Below are positions 1 through 10,840 of a stretch of 64,000 nucleotides of DNA, one piece after another. The DNA lies in assembly GCA_035084275.1 (NCBI GenBank), contig CM068761.1, positions 1,984,001 to 2,048,000 on the forward strand, read 5' to 3'. Positions within the stretch are counted from its first letter, which is position 1, and each line of letters starts with the position of its first letter. The notes beneath the pieces were generated by a model. The model had not been told where the DNA came from, made no database searches, and saw only the letters and a list, made by a program, of their open reading frames with translations. The translations under genes were made by a program, and so were the position numbers. The DNA is from Hydrolagus colliei. Taxonomy: Eukaryota.

Positions 1-109
1 AATCAGTAGGGCAGGAACTTCCATAGGTGTGGAGCCTTGCAGTTAGATCCTAGTTGTCACTGTGTCTCGGGACTTGTTTCCTCCATTACCCACAACTCAA
101 CAAGATGTT

Positions 110-390
110 GGGTTGGCTCAGTCGATCAAGTAAACCTCCCGTCTGCCGATTCAGGTGGATGTTAAAAATCCCCACGCCAATATACGAAAAGAGAAGGGGA
201 ATTCTCCTAATGTCCCAACAAACAATATTCCAATTAATTTGTGCATTCACTTCATATCTGTTTGTGTAACCTTGTGGTGAACAGATGGATTGTTGCTAGA
301 TTTGTCTATAAATAACAGCAATTACCTACAAAGAACTTTGAGCCCCATTGACATGATAGATGCTATATCAAGTGCAAGGATTAATATTAC
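110..390 (+). mobile_element. Old, diverged DeuSINE (SacSINE1/AmnSINE1-like) relic
   Basis: Contains TCAGGTGGATGTTAAAAATCCC...GAAAAGAGAAGGGGAATTCTCC...CTGTTTGTG...TGCTATATCAAGTGCAAG, resembling the recalled Deu central domain plus an L2-type tail. Confidence 0.6.
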
Positions 391-907
391 AGATCATTAC
401 GGGTCCAGGACTTTGAGCAGTACAGAGGAAGTGGAATTGAAACCACACTCTTTACGAAATGCAGAATCAGCTAGTTTTACAAAGGGTTTTCTCCGTGCGA
501 GTGTTTTATATTCCCTTCTCATCCAAATTCAAACAAGTTGGCTAATCTCATTGTTTGCGGATGCTGTTGGTGCAAACAAACTGCAGTGTTTCAGCAACAT
601 TCACTTTTTAATTGAAGGTTTTTTTTGTAAATTACTTTGAGATGTTCCCTTTCAGGGGAAGGACGCCGTATCAGTGTTATCTGAATATAGCCCTCAAAAC
701 TAATCTCTCAATTTGAATGGATTAGTAGTTATTCAGCCTTGAAACTGGAGACATCGGAACAATGCCATTTCATTAGTCTGTGGCTATTTACCAAGTCGTC
801 CGAACGTATTGTTTTTTTCAAAAAAAATTCTGTTGGAACAGGATCTGAGCCCAGATAAGGTTCTGAGCATCTTTGGGATCTTGCCATCGATCTCTGAGCC
901 ATCGGAA

Positions 908-1000
908 GCAACAACAACAACAACTTGGATTTATATAGCGCCCTCCAAGCCGGACGGTGTCTCAGAGCGCTTCACAGTAGCGGATCCCGGGACCGAGCCA
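908..1000 (-). mobile_element. L2 LINE 3' tail fragment
   Basis: Reverse-complement match to 1672-1762 (GGCTCGGTCCC..GATCCGCTACTGTGAAGCGCTCTGAGAC...GCTATATAAATCCAAG(TTG)n). Confidence 0.8.
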
Positions 1001-1509
1001 CAAGCACACGAGCATTCTGAGAGCCAAACTTTAATCCAGCACCAACACCATTCATCATTCAACGAGAGATGTTCATATATGTTAATAAATAAAAAGATGG
1101 AGGTGCAAGAAAAATTTCTCAGTGTGTGTGTGTTGGTTGATTTTTTTTGTTGAAATGAGCGAAGGAAACCATCATATGTTTCTCTCAATCTATTTTGTCC
1201 CGGGGTTTGAACCCTCTTCCGTATTTGCAGGACCATCAAGGAGTCTGTTCAGAACAGCACATTTGGGGGGAAACTTAAACTTAGGGGCGGCTCAAGGTTA
1301 AAAAAACATCGTTGAGTTTGGGCAGATTCACAAAACGATGAGCTGAGAGCTCCAATCATAGCTGTTCTGATAGCCTTTGGGGATGAAACCAGGCACAGGT
1401 CTATAAGCGCCAAGGCTCTGGAATCCCAGAGTGCGAGTTGGGGTAACTGCTGGAGTTTAACCAGATAAAAGAGTTTGCCATTGAAAGCACTGCGTGGCAA
1501 GCTTCTCGC

Positions 1510-1762
1510 TGCTTGTCCCGCTGCGGCCGTGCCTTCAGCCACTGCGCCCGGAGGATCTGGAACTCCCTTCCTCACTCCCTTCGCCTCGCCCCCTCTCTTC
1601 CCAGTTTCAGGTCACAGTTAAAGACCTTTCTCTTCGACCGCACCTTTGGTCACCTTTCTACCCCTGCCCCCTGGCTCGGTCCCAGGATCCGCTACTGTGA
1701 AGCGCTCTGAGACGCCGTCCGGCGTGGAGGTCGCTATATAAATCAAAGGTGTTATCGTCGTC
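1510..1762 (+). mobile_element. 5'-truncated L2-clade LINE (ORF2 C-terminus plus 3' UTR)
   Basis: Translates as GRAFSHCARRIWNSLPHSLRLAPSLPSFRSQLKTFLFDRTF, the canonical L2 ORF2 end (RAFS..APxLWNSLP..FKxxLKTxLF), followed by a stem-loop tail. Confidence 0.85.
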
Positions 1763-1864
1763 CAGCGAGAGTGACGCTCCTCATTAGGGCTTCGGCTGGC
1801 AAGGTTGATAATCACAATAATCTTTGCATTTGATACAACTCCTCACGTTCTTATCCTGACCCCT

Positions 1865-1955
1865 GACAGTTCAGTGCCTTGGGACATCTTCCCGGCGTGA
1901 AAGGCGCTCTACAAATGTGATTTTGTTGTGGTTGTGTTGTTTGTTGTTGTTGTTG
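1865..1955 (+). mobile_element. Short L2 3' tail, second L2 family with (GTT)n end. Further copies near 3940, 9830(-), 10900(-), 11420(-), 12080, 21770, 34130(-), 41770, 51040, 61440(-)
   Basis: Recurrent CTTGGGACRTCYTCCYGRCGTGAAAGGCGCTCTACAAATGT...(GTT)n. The longer copy at 49740-50050 links it to an L2 ORF2 end. Confidence 0.75.
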
Positions 1956-2299
1956 GAAGGGCAGACCAGTCACTGGTGGCAGGTAGTCATTCCAATCAGC
2001 TCCACTAGAGCTCGCTGGTGCATTGATGTCAAGAACCATTGGCAGGTTCCTGAGCATGGCAGGTTCCTGAGGCTTGTACATATAGTATGTATGTGTGTGT
2101 GTGTGTTTGTGTGGAATGTGTGGCTGTAATTCTGGGCTGCTCCAGCAGAGCCTGTTGTGTGTGAAGCTGTGCTTTCCATTGTGTGTGTATGTGTATGTGT
2201 GTGTTGTCTGGCCTCCTGGCCCTCCCTCTCCCTCTCTCAGCTGCCCAGAACTAGGAGGATCTTGGCCAGGCTGGGACGAGGTGAAGAGTCTGTGGGCAG

Positions 2300-3057
2300 G
2301 TGGCAATGCTGTGAGATCTCTCTCTCTCTCTCTCTCCCCTCATCCTCTCATTCTCAACAGGGATTGAACCCAACAGGGACCTGGGCAAGTCCGGCCAAGG
2401 GTGAGAAAAAGAGAGCAATCAAAAAAAAGCCACGTCTCTCACTTCGGGAAATAAAGAGAGTGAAATAAAAACAACAACAAAAGGAAAGGAGGTTGGTGAT
2501 TTTGAGGGTATATATAGCCAGTGGCTGTTTTTGGGGGTGGGGGGGAGAGAGAGAGATGATTTGGTGTGGACTCTCTTTGCATTGTTCCCATTGGACCTTC
2601 GAGGAAGTGAAGTTTGCAACAACAACAAAAATAGAAGGATAAATAATCTGTGTTTTGTATCTGGGTTTCAGGTGAATTTTTTTTTGTTGGGGGTGTTTGC
2701 AAACTGCTAACCCTCTGGAAATGATTGGGTCTGTGCTCTATACAGAGGCTCTGTCCTGCTCCCGAGTTAATGGCAGTGATTTCGACAACTCGGTCTCTCT
2801 GTGTCTTTCTCTTTGTGGCTTGGGATGACTTCTCTCTTTGTGGGAGGTGGGAAGAGAGAGGGGAGCAGAGGGAGTTCAGGGCTGTTTAACAACGCCCCCC
2901 CCCCCCCCCCACCCTCTCCAATCCCCCCCCCCCCCCCCCCCAGCTCTAGGCGAAAACAAAAACTTTCCTCTCCTTTTCCTCTCTTTTGTTATCCTTTTTT
3001 CCCTCTTTTGTCCTTACGTTGAATGCACATTGCAAAGGCAGGCAGTTTGGCTAGGAA
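2300..3057 (+). other. Candidate non-coding 5' exon / promoter region of KIAA1671 (start not defined)
   Basis: Repeat-poor stretch with GA/CT-rich segments, ending at a good donor GAA|GTGAGT (GT at 3058). The ATG-bearing exon at 22077 has an acceptor and so needs an upstream exon. The assignment is inference. Confidence 0.3.
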
Positions 3058-3109
3058 GTGAGTGAGTGAGCAGTGCTGTGTTGTGTGTGTGTTTTTTTTT
3101 GTGTGTGTG

Positions 3110-3140
<31 letters not shown>

Positions 3141-3790
3141 ATATAGTGTGTGTGTGTGGTTAAAGAGAAAGCTTTTTCCCTTCTGAATAGGAAACCAAAT
3201 GGGGAAAAAAATCGACTTTTTAATTTTTTTTAAGCTACAAAGGCTACAAATGTTTGTGTAAAGGGAGAGGTTTGTGTCTGAATGAAAGGTGTGAGAATGA
3301 GTAGGGGGGAGAACACTCACACACACATTCATTCACTGTCTATTGTTCACACTTATTGTGTGAGATCCACACACATTCACTCTACCCCCTGGCCCCACTC
3401 CTGAAATTTATTGCAATGTAACCTCTCTCTCTCTCCTTCAAGCTTCTTGTTTTTATTTTTACTCCCAAAAAAAATTCCTTGGCGTGAAAACGATTGCCCT
3501 TCAGTTGATTATTTTTAAAACAAAAGCTTCCTTTTAGTCATATGCGTGGCCGTTGTTTGTGGTTTGGTCTCATTTGAAAGGGCATACGAATGACCTCCCA
3601 AGAACAGAAGGCATGGTATCCTCTGGATTTTAGGATTGCAGGAACATGTTAAGACAAGCTCACTTTGTTGCCGTTATTGAGGCATTGTCAAGTTCCCCCT
3701 CCGTCCATTTTATTTGGGGTGGGTCGGGACAAATTATCTTGAGATGTCAGCCTGGCTCAGTGGTTAAGACCCAAATCACAGTGATAGTGA

Positions 3791-3865
3791 GATAAATGCT
3801 GGGAACACTCAACAGGTCAGGCAGCATCTATGGAGAGAGGAAACATTTTGGGTTGGTGACCTTTT
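3791..3865 (-). mobile_element. Cartilaginous-fish repeat terminus (Penelope-like terminal repeat relic)
   Basis: Reverse complement reads ...CTCTCTCCATAGATGCTGCCTGACCTGTTGAGTGTTCCCAGCATTT, the same family as 9561-9650. Confidence 0.55.
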
Positions 3866-4909
3866 GAGTGATATCAGAGGCTGTGCCATTCTTTAGAGAG
3901 ATGCGCTTATACAAATGTAATTTGGAGATTTATCTTCCCTCGGGTGTCCTCCTGACATGATAGGCGCTCTATAATTGTAATTTCATTGTTGTTGTTGTAA
4001 TTTTGTTGTTGTTGTTAGACCCAGCTCCCAACTGCCTGTTCAGATCGATGTTGGAAAAGAAAGGGGGAGTTTGGGCCAGATTTCATGGATAACATCTCTT
4101 GATAAATGTCATTTAGGCTACTGCATTTCGCCCACAAACTATACAGTCAATTCACTTTACAGGATATTCTGTGAAGCGCTTTGAGTCGTCTAGAAGCCTT
4201 ATATCAAATGCAAAGTTTATTTTTATTATTTATTCTATGGTTGATTGTGGGTGCTTGATGTACACAAAATGGTTGCAGCATTTAGTCACCGCACTTAATA
4301 CAGGACGGGTTGACAGTATACAAACACTTTGACATGTTTCAACGTGATTAGGAACTATTAAAGTGTTTCTTTTACTTGCTAATTGGGCTTGAAGCGGGTG
4401 AGCGTTGGGTGATTAGCCAATCATTTTTTAACGAAAAAAACAACAGCTAGCATTTATTTATCGCCCTTTGCCCAGGATAGTGTCCCAGAGCGCTTGCGAC
4501 AAGGATACGAATGTATCCTAGTTAGTTCGGCTGCTGAGTGTGTTGGATTCCATGGCTATTTCACACAGAGATACACGCAAAGCTCTTTCAGCAAAGCTCT
4601 GTACCTGCTGATCTGCAGAGAATAAATTGCTTGGGGGGGCAGGGCTTTCACAAGCTTTGATCACCCCACTCTCCGCCCTCCTTGATGTATGTTCTGTCCT
4701 GCTCTGCCTGTCTTCCTGCTGCCTGTCTTCCCTGTGGAAGGAAAAAGGAAGAAAATGCCTTTCTCGGGGACAGCATTGTTGGAGCAGGAAAGAATCCATT
4801 TGTACTTGCCGCGTAAAAGAGGACCCTGCATCCTCCCAGGACCTCCAGCCAACCTCGCCCAGAGACTTGTCTTCCATAAAACAGTCAGGACCTTAGTGGT
4901 ACTTCAGAT

Positions 4910-5122
4910 TGTGGCCTTTAGCCACTCTGCCCCCAACCTATGGAATTCCATCCCGCAGTCCCTCCACCTCGCCCCATCCCTGACCTCCTCAAGACTCTCT
5001 TCGATTGACCCATTGGTAACTCCTAATCCCTCCACTTCCCTCCCGCCCCACCGCGATCCTCAGCTTGCGTCTGAAGCAGTGACTGTCCAACGCCTTGGGA
5101 AGTCCTCCTGACATGAAAGGCT
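4910..5122 (+). mobile_element. L2 LINE 3' fragment
   Basis: Translates as AFSHSAPNLWNSIPQSLHLAPSL and ends in CGCCTTGGGAAGTCCTCCTGACATGAAAGGC. Confidence 0.75.
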
Positions 5123-5838
5123 CCTCAGGTCAGGCTTGGGTGGTGTGAGAGGCGGGGTGGGTAGAGGGGAATGAGGCGGATTGAGGATGGGCGGACAAGG
5201 GTATGGGTTGGGATGGGTGGGGGGGGTGAAGGGCAGGTGTAGGGATGGGTGGGATTTGGGTGGAGCAGTATGGGCGGGGTCTAGGGGGAATGGAACGGGT
5301 GGGGTGAGCCCTATTGTGTGGCAGTTTACAGGTCTGGGGCGGTTGCCAAGTTGTGACTTGTTCAGTGGTTTTGAGCTGAAGGCAGGTTCAACCTTAAAAG
5401 TAATGCGATTGTTCCCTCTCTATTCGGTGTGTGATTGTGTGCTTAGTCACCACAACATTGCGTACCATACCAGTCAATCATTTTGTCCACCCGTTTTCGA
5501 TTTGTGAAACATTAGTGAGTGGCTGGCCCAGGAATGTCCAGCGTGAACTTATGTATGCATACGTGCATGCACTATATATGTGGTTGTGTGTTTATACTGT
5601 GTGTGTCTCTGTTTTGTATACGTGTGGCTGTGTGTGTGTATCTCTGAGTCTTTTTGCTTTTATGTGTGTGATCACACAAAACCAAAAGGGTGCAATGTAA
5701 ATACAAGTTCTCTTTTGTCTTTGTATGTCTTTGTTCTGTGTGTATGTGCTGTGTGTCTTTGTGTGTGTATATATAAGCATACCGTATTATATAGTTCTGT
5801 GTGCGTGTGCATTTTATATATGGCATTTATATACAGCA

Positions 5839-6515
5839 CAGTAGAAGCCCGTTTATCTGGCACCCGCGGGTCCTACCGAATATTCGGGCGGCCCTTGGCC
5901 GAAAACCCCCTCCAAACAAATTAAAGTTCTTTTAACACACACCATTCTCACCAGACTAAGTGATGGCAGATAGTGGCAGAATGTTGTGTTGGGGCTGCTC
6001 TCTTGCGCTTCTCACCTTTACTGGTTGGGGTTTGCAGTCCAGCGATTATTTTTTGAATGGGGGTGGGGGGGGGGTCGCCAGGCGGGTGGGAGGCGGCAGC
6101 GCGATTTTAAAACCGAATCCCTAGACTCGACAAGTGGCAAACCAAAATACTGCACCTCCGCGACAATGTGGGTTATCGGCTAGTGTTATCGGCTTGCCGC
6201 CAGTATGTCTTTGAAGTCATACGCGCTCCGTTTTTTTCGCCCGCTCGGTGTGCTCCATTTTGGGGGGAGTCGCTAGACTGTAAACCTCAACCGCAGCATC
6301 ATGGCTTCAAGCGCAGCATCTACCAGCGGGGGCGCGGGGCGCCTGAGAGTGGTTTTGACGGTGAGGGCCAATGCAATATTATGTTATTATTTATGCATTT
6401 ACAAATACTCCACTGCTATTGTTCCGGATAAGTATCGAATGGGGACTTTTTTTTGGACGTGCCGGTTATACGGAAGTGCTGGTTCATCAAGTCACGGATA
6501 AACGGGCTTCTCCTG
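5839..6515. mobile_element. Non-autonomous Tc1/mariner (Tigger/pogo-type) DNA transposon, MITE, 677 bp
   Basis: Left TIR CAGTAGAAGCCCGTTTATC (5839-5857) and right TIR GATAAACGGGCTTCTCCTG (6497-6515) match 18/19 as inverted repeats. Right flank is TA and left flank is CA. Degenerate GCCGG(A/T)TA subterminal repeats near the right end. No transposase ORF. Confidence 0.85.
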
Positions 6516-6577
6516 TATATGGCTCTGTGTGCATATGCATTTTATTTATACAAGTAAAATCTTGTTGTTATTGTATA

Positions 6578-6914
6578 CAGTAAAAATCTTGGCATTTGAT
6601 ATAGTGCCTTGTCATTGAGAAGTCGTTGGGAAGTCTCAAAGCAGTTTCATGGGATATATTGTAGTACAGACTGTAAAGTGGATTGATTGTGTACTTTGTT
6701 GGCAAAATGTAACCAGTTGCGCACAGCAATGTCCCACAAACAGGCGTGGATTGAAACGAACAATTTTTATTATTGCTGTTTTTTTCTGGACGGATTATTA
6801 TTAGGCGTATGTGTGTGTGGAGTAAGGAAACTTGCCCAAGGTTTCGTCCTGACCTGCCTGGATTCGAACACGAGTCTTGCGCTTGTAAGGCGAGCGCTCT
6901 AACCACTGAGCTAC
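6578..6914 (-). mobile_element. tRNA-derived SINE (main family), near full length
   Basis: The reverse strand has the A box GTAGCTCAGTGGTTAGAGC, the B box GTTCGAATCC, GGCAAGTTTCCTTACTCCACAC, the Deu-like core and an L2-type tail. Confidence 0.85.
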
Positions 6915-8109
6915 TTTGGCTTAAGCATCTCATCCGAAGGACGGACGGCACCTCCGATAATGCAACAACGCTCCCGAGTAGTTCATTGGAGTGTTGGCTT
7001 TTGACTGTGTTTGAACCCACCCAACCTTCTGACTCTTGAGGCGAATGTTCTACCAGTGAGCCAGGCTGTAGCTGTGCGTGTGCTTTGTACATATATGTCC
7101 TTATGTCTCCCTCTCTCTCTTTCACTCTCTCTCTTGCTCTGTATTGTCCGTTTACTGGTGGAAAGTGCTTTGAACACGCACGTTGGTGGCTGAAAGGTAA
7201 TAACAGCAATAATCCTTGCGTTTGCTATCGAGATATCACGTCTTCGAGACGTCTGCAAAGTGCTGCCGCTGAGCGAGGCTGACATTTTGGGTCTGGAGTC
7301 GAGGCTGTGTATACAGTGGCGGCCAATTTGACTGAGGTTCCTTCCTTTGGTTAATAATTTACTTTAAGTGTGCAAACCTTTCAAATTTCTCTATCTTCAC
7401 GGCCAAAGGGGATTAATTTATGCCGTCCTACAGCCTGCCTCGTGGTGACCCCTGCCGACCCCAGCCCCCTCCTTCCCCCGGCGCGACCCACCCCTTCATT
7501 GTTGCTTTGTCACAACAGGATTTGTTGTGTTTAACGCTTTCCCTTGTTCCACGATCTCCACTGAATTCTGGGCAAATCTGCGTGCGTGCGTGTGTACGTG
7601 TGTCGGTGACTCCCAACTACAGTACCATGGTTGACTGTGTGAGGGCTGTGCGCACACTTCTTTCTGTGTGTTGCCCTTGCCCGGCCCCCCCTCATCTCTC
7701 CTGGTCCTCCACTCTCAATCTCACTCTCTCTCTCTGTTCCCCTACTTTCTCTCTCCCTCTCGTCTCCCCCAACTCTCCCTCCCTCCGCCCCCCCCCACCT
7801 CCCAGTGCTGCAGTCCCACAGTACACGTCTCGACTCTATCCAGGTTAAATCTGGTCGCCTATGAAACACTTAGTCAGGACACTTTACTATAAAATCCTAC
7901 AAAGTACTTTGAGGTGTTGTGATAAGTCACTGTAACAAACGCAAAGTTTATTTTTAACATTGTTATTGATTGTTTCCTGAGTTTGGGGAATCTGGGTTTT
8001 TGGCAGATTTGAAAGCTTCTCTTCGTTCCCCATCCCCCGCCGCCTCTCGATCGTGACGCAAAGGGAAAGAGCAAGAATTCATTTCTTAAAGGAAACAATT
8101 GCTTTGCTG

Positions 8110-8135
8110 AATGGTATTGATCATTTCAATCCACG

Positions 8136-8173
<38 letters not shown>

Positions 8174-8315
8174 ACCTTGCTGTGCGCAATTGGCTGCCGT
8201 GTTTCACCCACAAATATACAGTCAATTCACTTTACAGTATATTCTGCGAAGCGCTTTTGAGACGTGAAAAGCGTGAAAAGCGCTGTATTAAATGCAAGGA
8301 TTATTATTATTATTG
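8110..8315 (+). mobile_element. SINE 3' half with internal (GT)n
   Basis: GCTGTGCGCAATTGGCTGCCG...CAGTCAATTCACTTTACAG...AAATGCAAGG(ATT)n. Confidence 0.85.
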
Positions 8316-8934
8316 TGATGCTTAGGTCCGGCATAGGGCGATAAGTGGGGGTGCGTAGGGGGTGGTGGGGTGTACGGAAGCTGAGACGTACTGTCTGGAT
8401 TGACTGGATGTGTTGTGGCTGGGTGTGTGAGCTGAGGGACAGCAGCGGGTGTGTAGAACACTTATATAATGTGCACCTGGGTACGGCTCAGCCGGGAAGC
8501 TACAGCCTCTGTGGAATCAAAGCACATCTGGACAAAGCCAGCTGGAGGGCAGTCGGACTGTGTACGTTTCATGCTCTTAGTGTTTACTGATGTTGTTTGT
8601 CTGCGATAAAGCTTTCACTGTGTCGCCTCCACTTCCTGGTGATGTGGTGTTGAACTGAGATCCCGTTCTGCCTGTTCAGATGGCTTAAAGAATCTTGCAA
8701 CATGTATCGTGTTGTGTGTCTTGCCCAACAAACCTCCAGATTGTCAGTTTTATGGTTGTTTGGTGGTGGTGGGGGGGTGGGGGGGGGGACTTTGCTGTGA
8801 TAGTAATTACTGTGAAATGCTTTGAGACCTTTCAACATTTTTTATAGCTGCTATAAAAGTGCATAGGTTGCTCTAGCGAACTCGCACGGAGTGAATGCTT
8901 TGTGGCAAATTACTGAGAATAAAGTCTCACCTAT

Positions 8935-9302
8935 GATAATAATAATACTTGCCTTTGACGCAGCGGCTTTTCTTGTCTTCAGGACGTCTGAAGCGCTTCG
9001 CAGAATATACCGTAAGCGAATCGACTGTATATTTTGTGGGCAAAACGCGGCAGCCAATTGTGCTAAACAGTGTCCGACAAACAGCTGTGGATTGAGTGAC
9101 CAAATGATTTCTCTTAAAAACTTTTTTTTTGAAGGGATTATCACCCCGGATACACCGATCGACTAACAACGGATTTACTGCTAGGTTAAACAGGGGCCTG
9201 TGGAGTAAGGAAACTTGCCCAACGCTCCACCCCCTCGGGGAATCAAACCCAGGTCTCTCGCTTGCAAGGCAAGGCCCCTTAACCACTGAGTTACAGGGTT
9301 CT
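8935..9302 (-). mobile_element. SINE, full length, insert-bearing variant
   Basis: Head (AACCACTGAGTTACAGG on +), core and tail all present. The spacer carries the GTTAGTCGATCGGTG variant segment. Confidence 0.85.
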
Positions 9303-9560
9303 CTCTACCTGTACGTCAGAGTCTGAACCCATGTAGTATAAAAATATCTCTTCCCTGTCCAATTGCTCCCCCCCCCCCCCCCCCCCACCTTATTACCTTC
9401 ATGGTGGGGGACGTTTCTTTGGGAACACAGCTATACGCCATGTGAAGGCATTGGCAGCTGGGAGTTGCTGGTTGCAGACGTGGCTGATATATATTTTTTG
9501 CAGTTTCATTTATTGTATGAGGGGTAATTTTTCACAATAACAACAACTTGCATTTGCATA

Positions 9561-9650
9561 GCTGACGAAGGGTTGTCGACTCTTTTTCCTTTCTCCATGG
9601 ATGCTGCCTGACCTGCTGAGTTTCCCCAGCAACTTTTGTTTTTGTTTTTG
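9561..9650 (+). mobile_element. Cartilaginous-fish repeat terminus (Penelope-like terminal repeat relic)
   Basis: CTGACGAAGGGTTGTCGAC..TTTCTCCATGGATGCTGCCTGACCTGCTGAGTTTCCCCAGCAAC matches a recalled abundant shark/ray repeat. Confidence 0.6.
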
Positions 9651-10553
9651 CATTTATATAGCTCCTTTGCAATCAATCTCAAACCTCTCCTCCATTGTGA
9701 AGCGCTCCCAAGTCATCATATTACACACAGGGTGTTGTATAAATGCAAGTTGCGGTTACATTATAAGACCCATGCATAGAGAATCGCGTCTCCGAGCCCC
9801 TGATTATGGCAGAGTTGGGGGAGAGGCATCAACAACAACAACGTAACATTGCACATGTAAAGCGCCTTTCACGTCAGGAGGACATCCCAAGGCGCTGGAC
9901 AGTCATTGTTGTGTCACTGAGGGAATGGGAATTTCTGTTACTTGAGCCAAGCATCTGGGATCCAGCATCAAGTTCCGATCAACGCAAAATAGGGAGAGAG
10001 CAAGAGAGAGAGAGATAGAGAGAGACTGCATCCTTCCTCCTGGGTAACAGACCCTGGACAGAGATGAGGTTCGGAGAGGTTTCTGTAATGAGAACAATGG
10101 ATTATCAGCAGTGAGCTACCGGCTGGAATGTGGGTGTTTTTACAGGGATATGTGAGCGGGTGGGGGGAGAGGGGCTGGGCCCACAGACTGGGATATACTG
10201 GAGAGGGTCAGGCGATGTCCCCCAGACAACAGAACCAAAGATGTTAGAATCACAGAGGCTCAGTGAACAAAAGCGGGTCAGAAATCCCGTCTCGGAATCT
10301 CTCCCACTAGTTTACTGCACGCAAGAGTTTTATGGTGTCTTTTCGGATCAAAGAGCCCCAGTGTTAATTGCTATCAAATGTTCAGACTGCTTTGTAAGCA
10401 GTTGTGTGATATCAGCGAGGGTTCCACGTTTCAGCCAGGTGTCCGACACATGCGGAATCCATCTCACCGCGCTTAACAGCAGCCAAACCAGGCTGAGTGT
10501 TCCGGGCGGTGGAAATTTCAGCCTCGTCTACGAGGAGACGTCAAGTTGCGATG

Positions 10554-10840
10554 GCCTGCGGCTCAGTGGTTGAGAGCGCTCGGCGTAACAAGCGAGAGAG
10601 ACCTGGGTCTCAATTCCCGGCGGGTCAGGGCGAAACCTTGGCCAAGTTCCCTTACTCCACACGCCCGACGATAATCCCTCAAAAATAAATACAGGATATT
10701 AAATAAATTGGCCACAACTGTATTTGCTGTGTTTCACCCACAAAAATACAATCAATTCACTTTACAGGATAGTCTGCGAAGCGCTTTGAGACGTCTAGAA
10801 GAGATGGAAAGCTCTATATCAAATGCAAGAATTATTACTA
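10554..10840 (+). mobile_element. SINE with internal deletion
   Basis: GGCTCAGTGGTTGAGAGCGCTCG head, CCTTACTCCACAC, and tail AAATGCAAGAATTATTA. Confidence 0.8.

Noticed and set aside
6568-7209. 213-aa minus-strand ORF and the many ORFs containing RNWLPRF / WSKETCP / QSIHFTVY
   Set aside because: Recurrent chance translations of the non-coding SINE.
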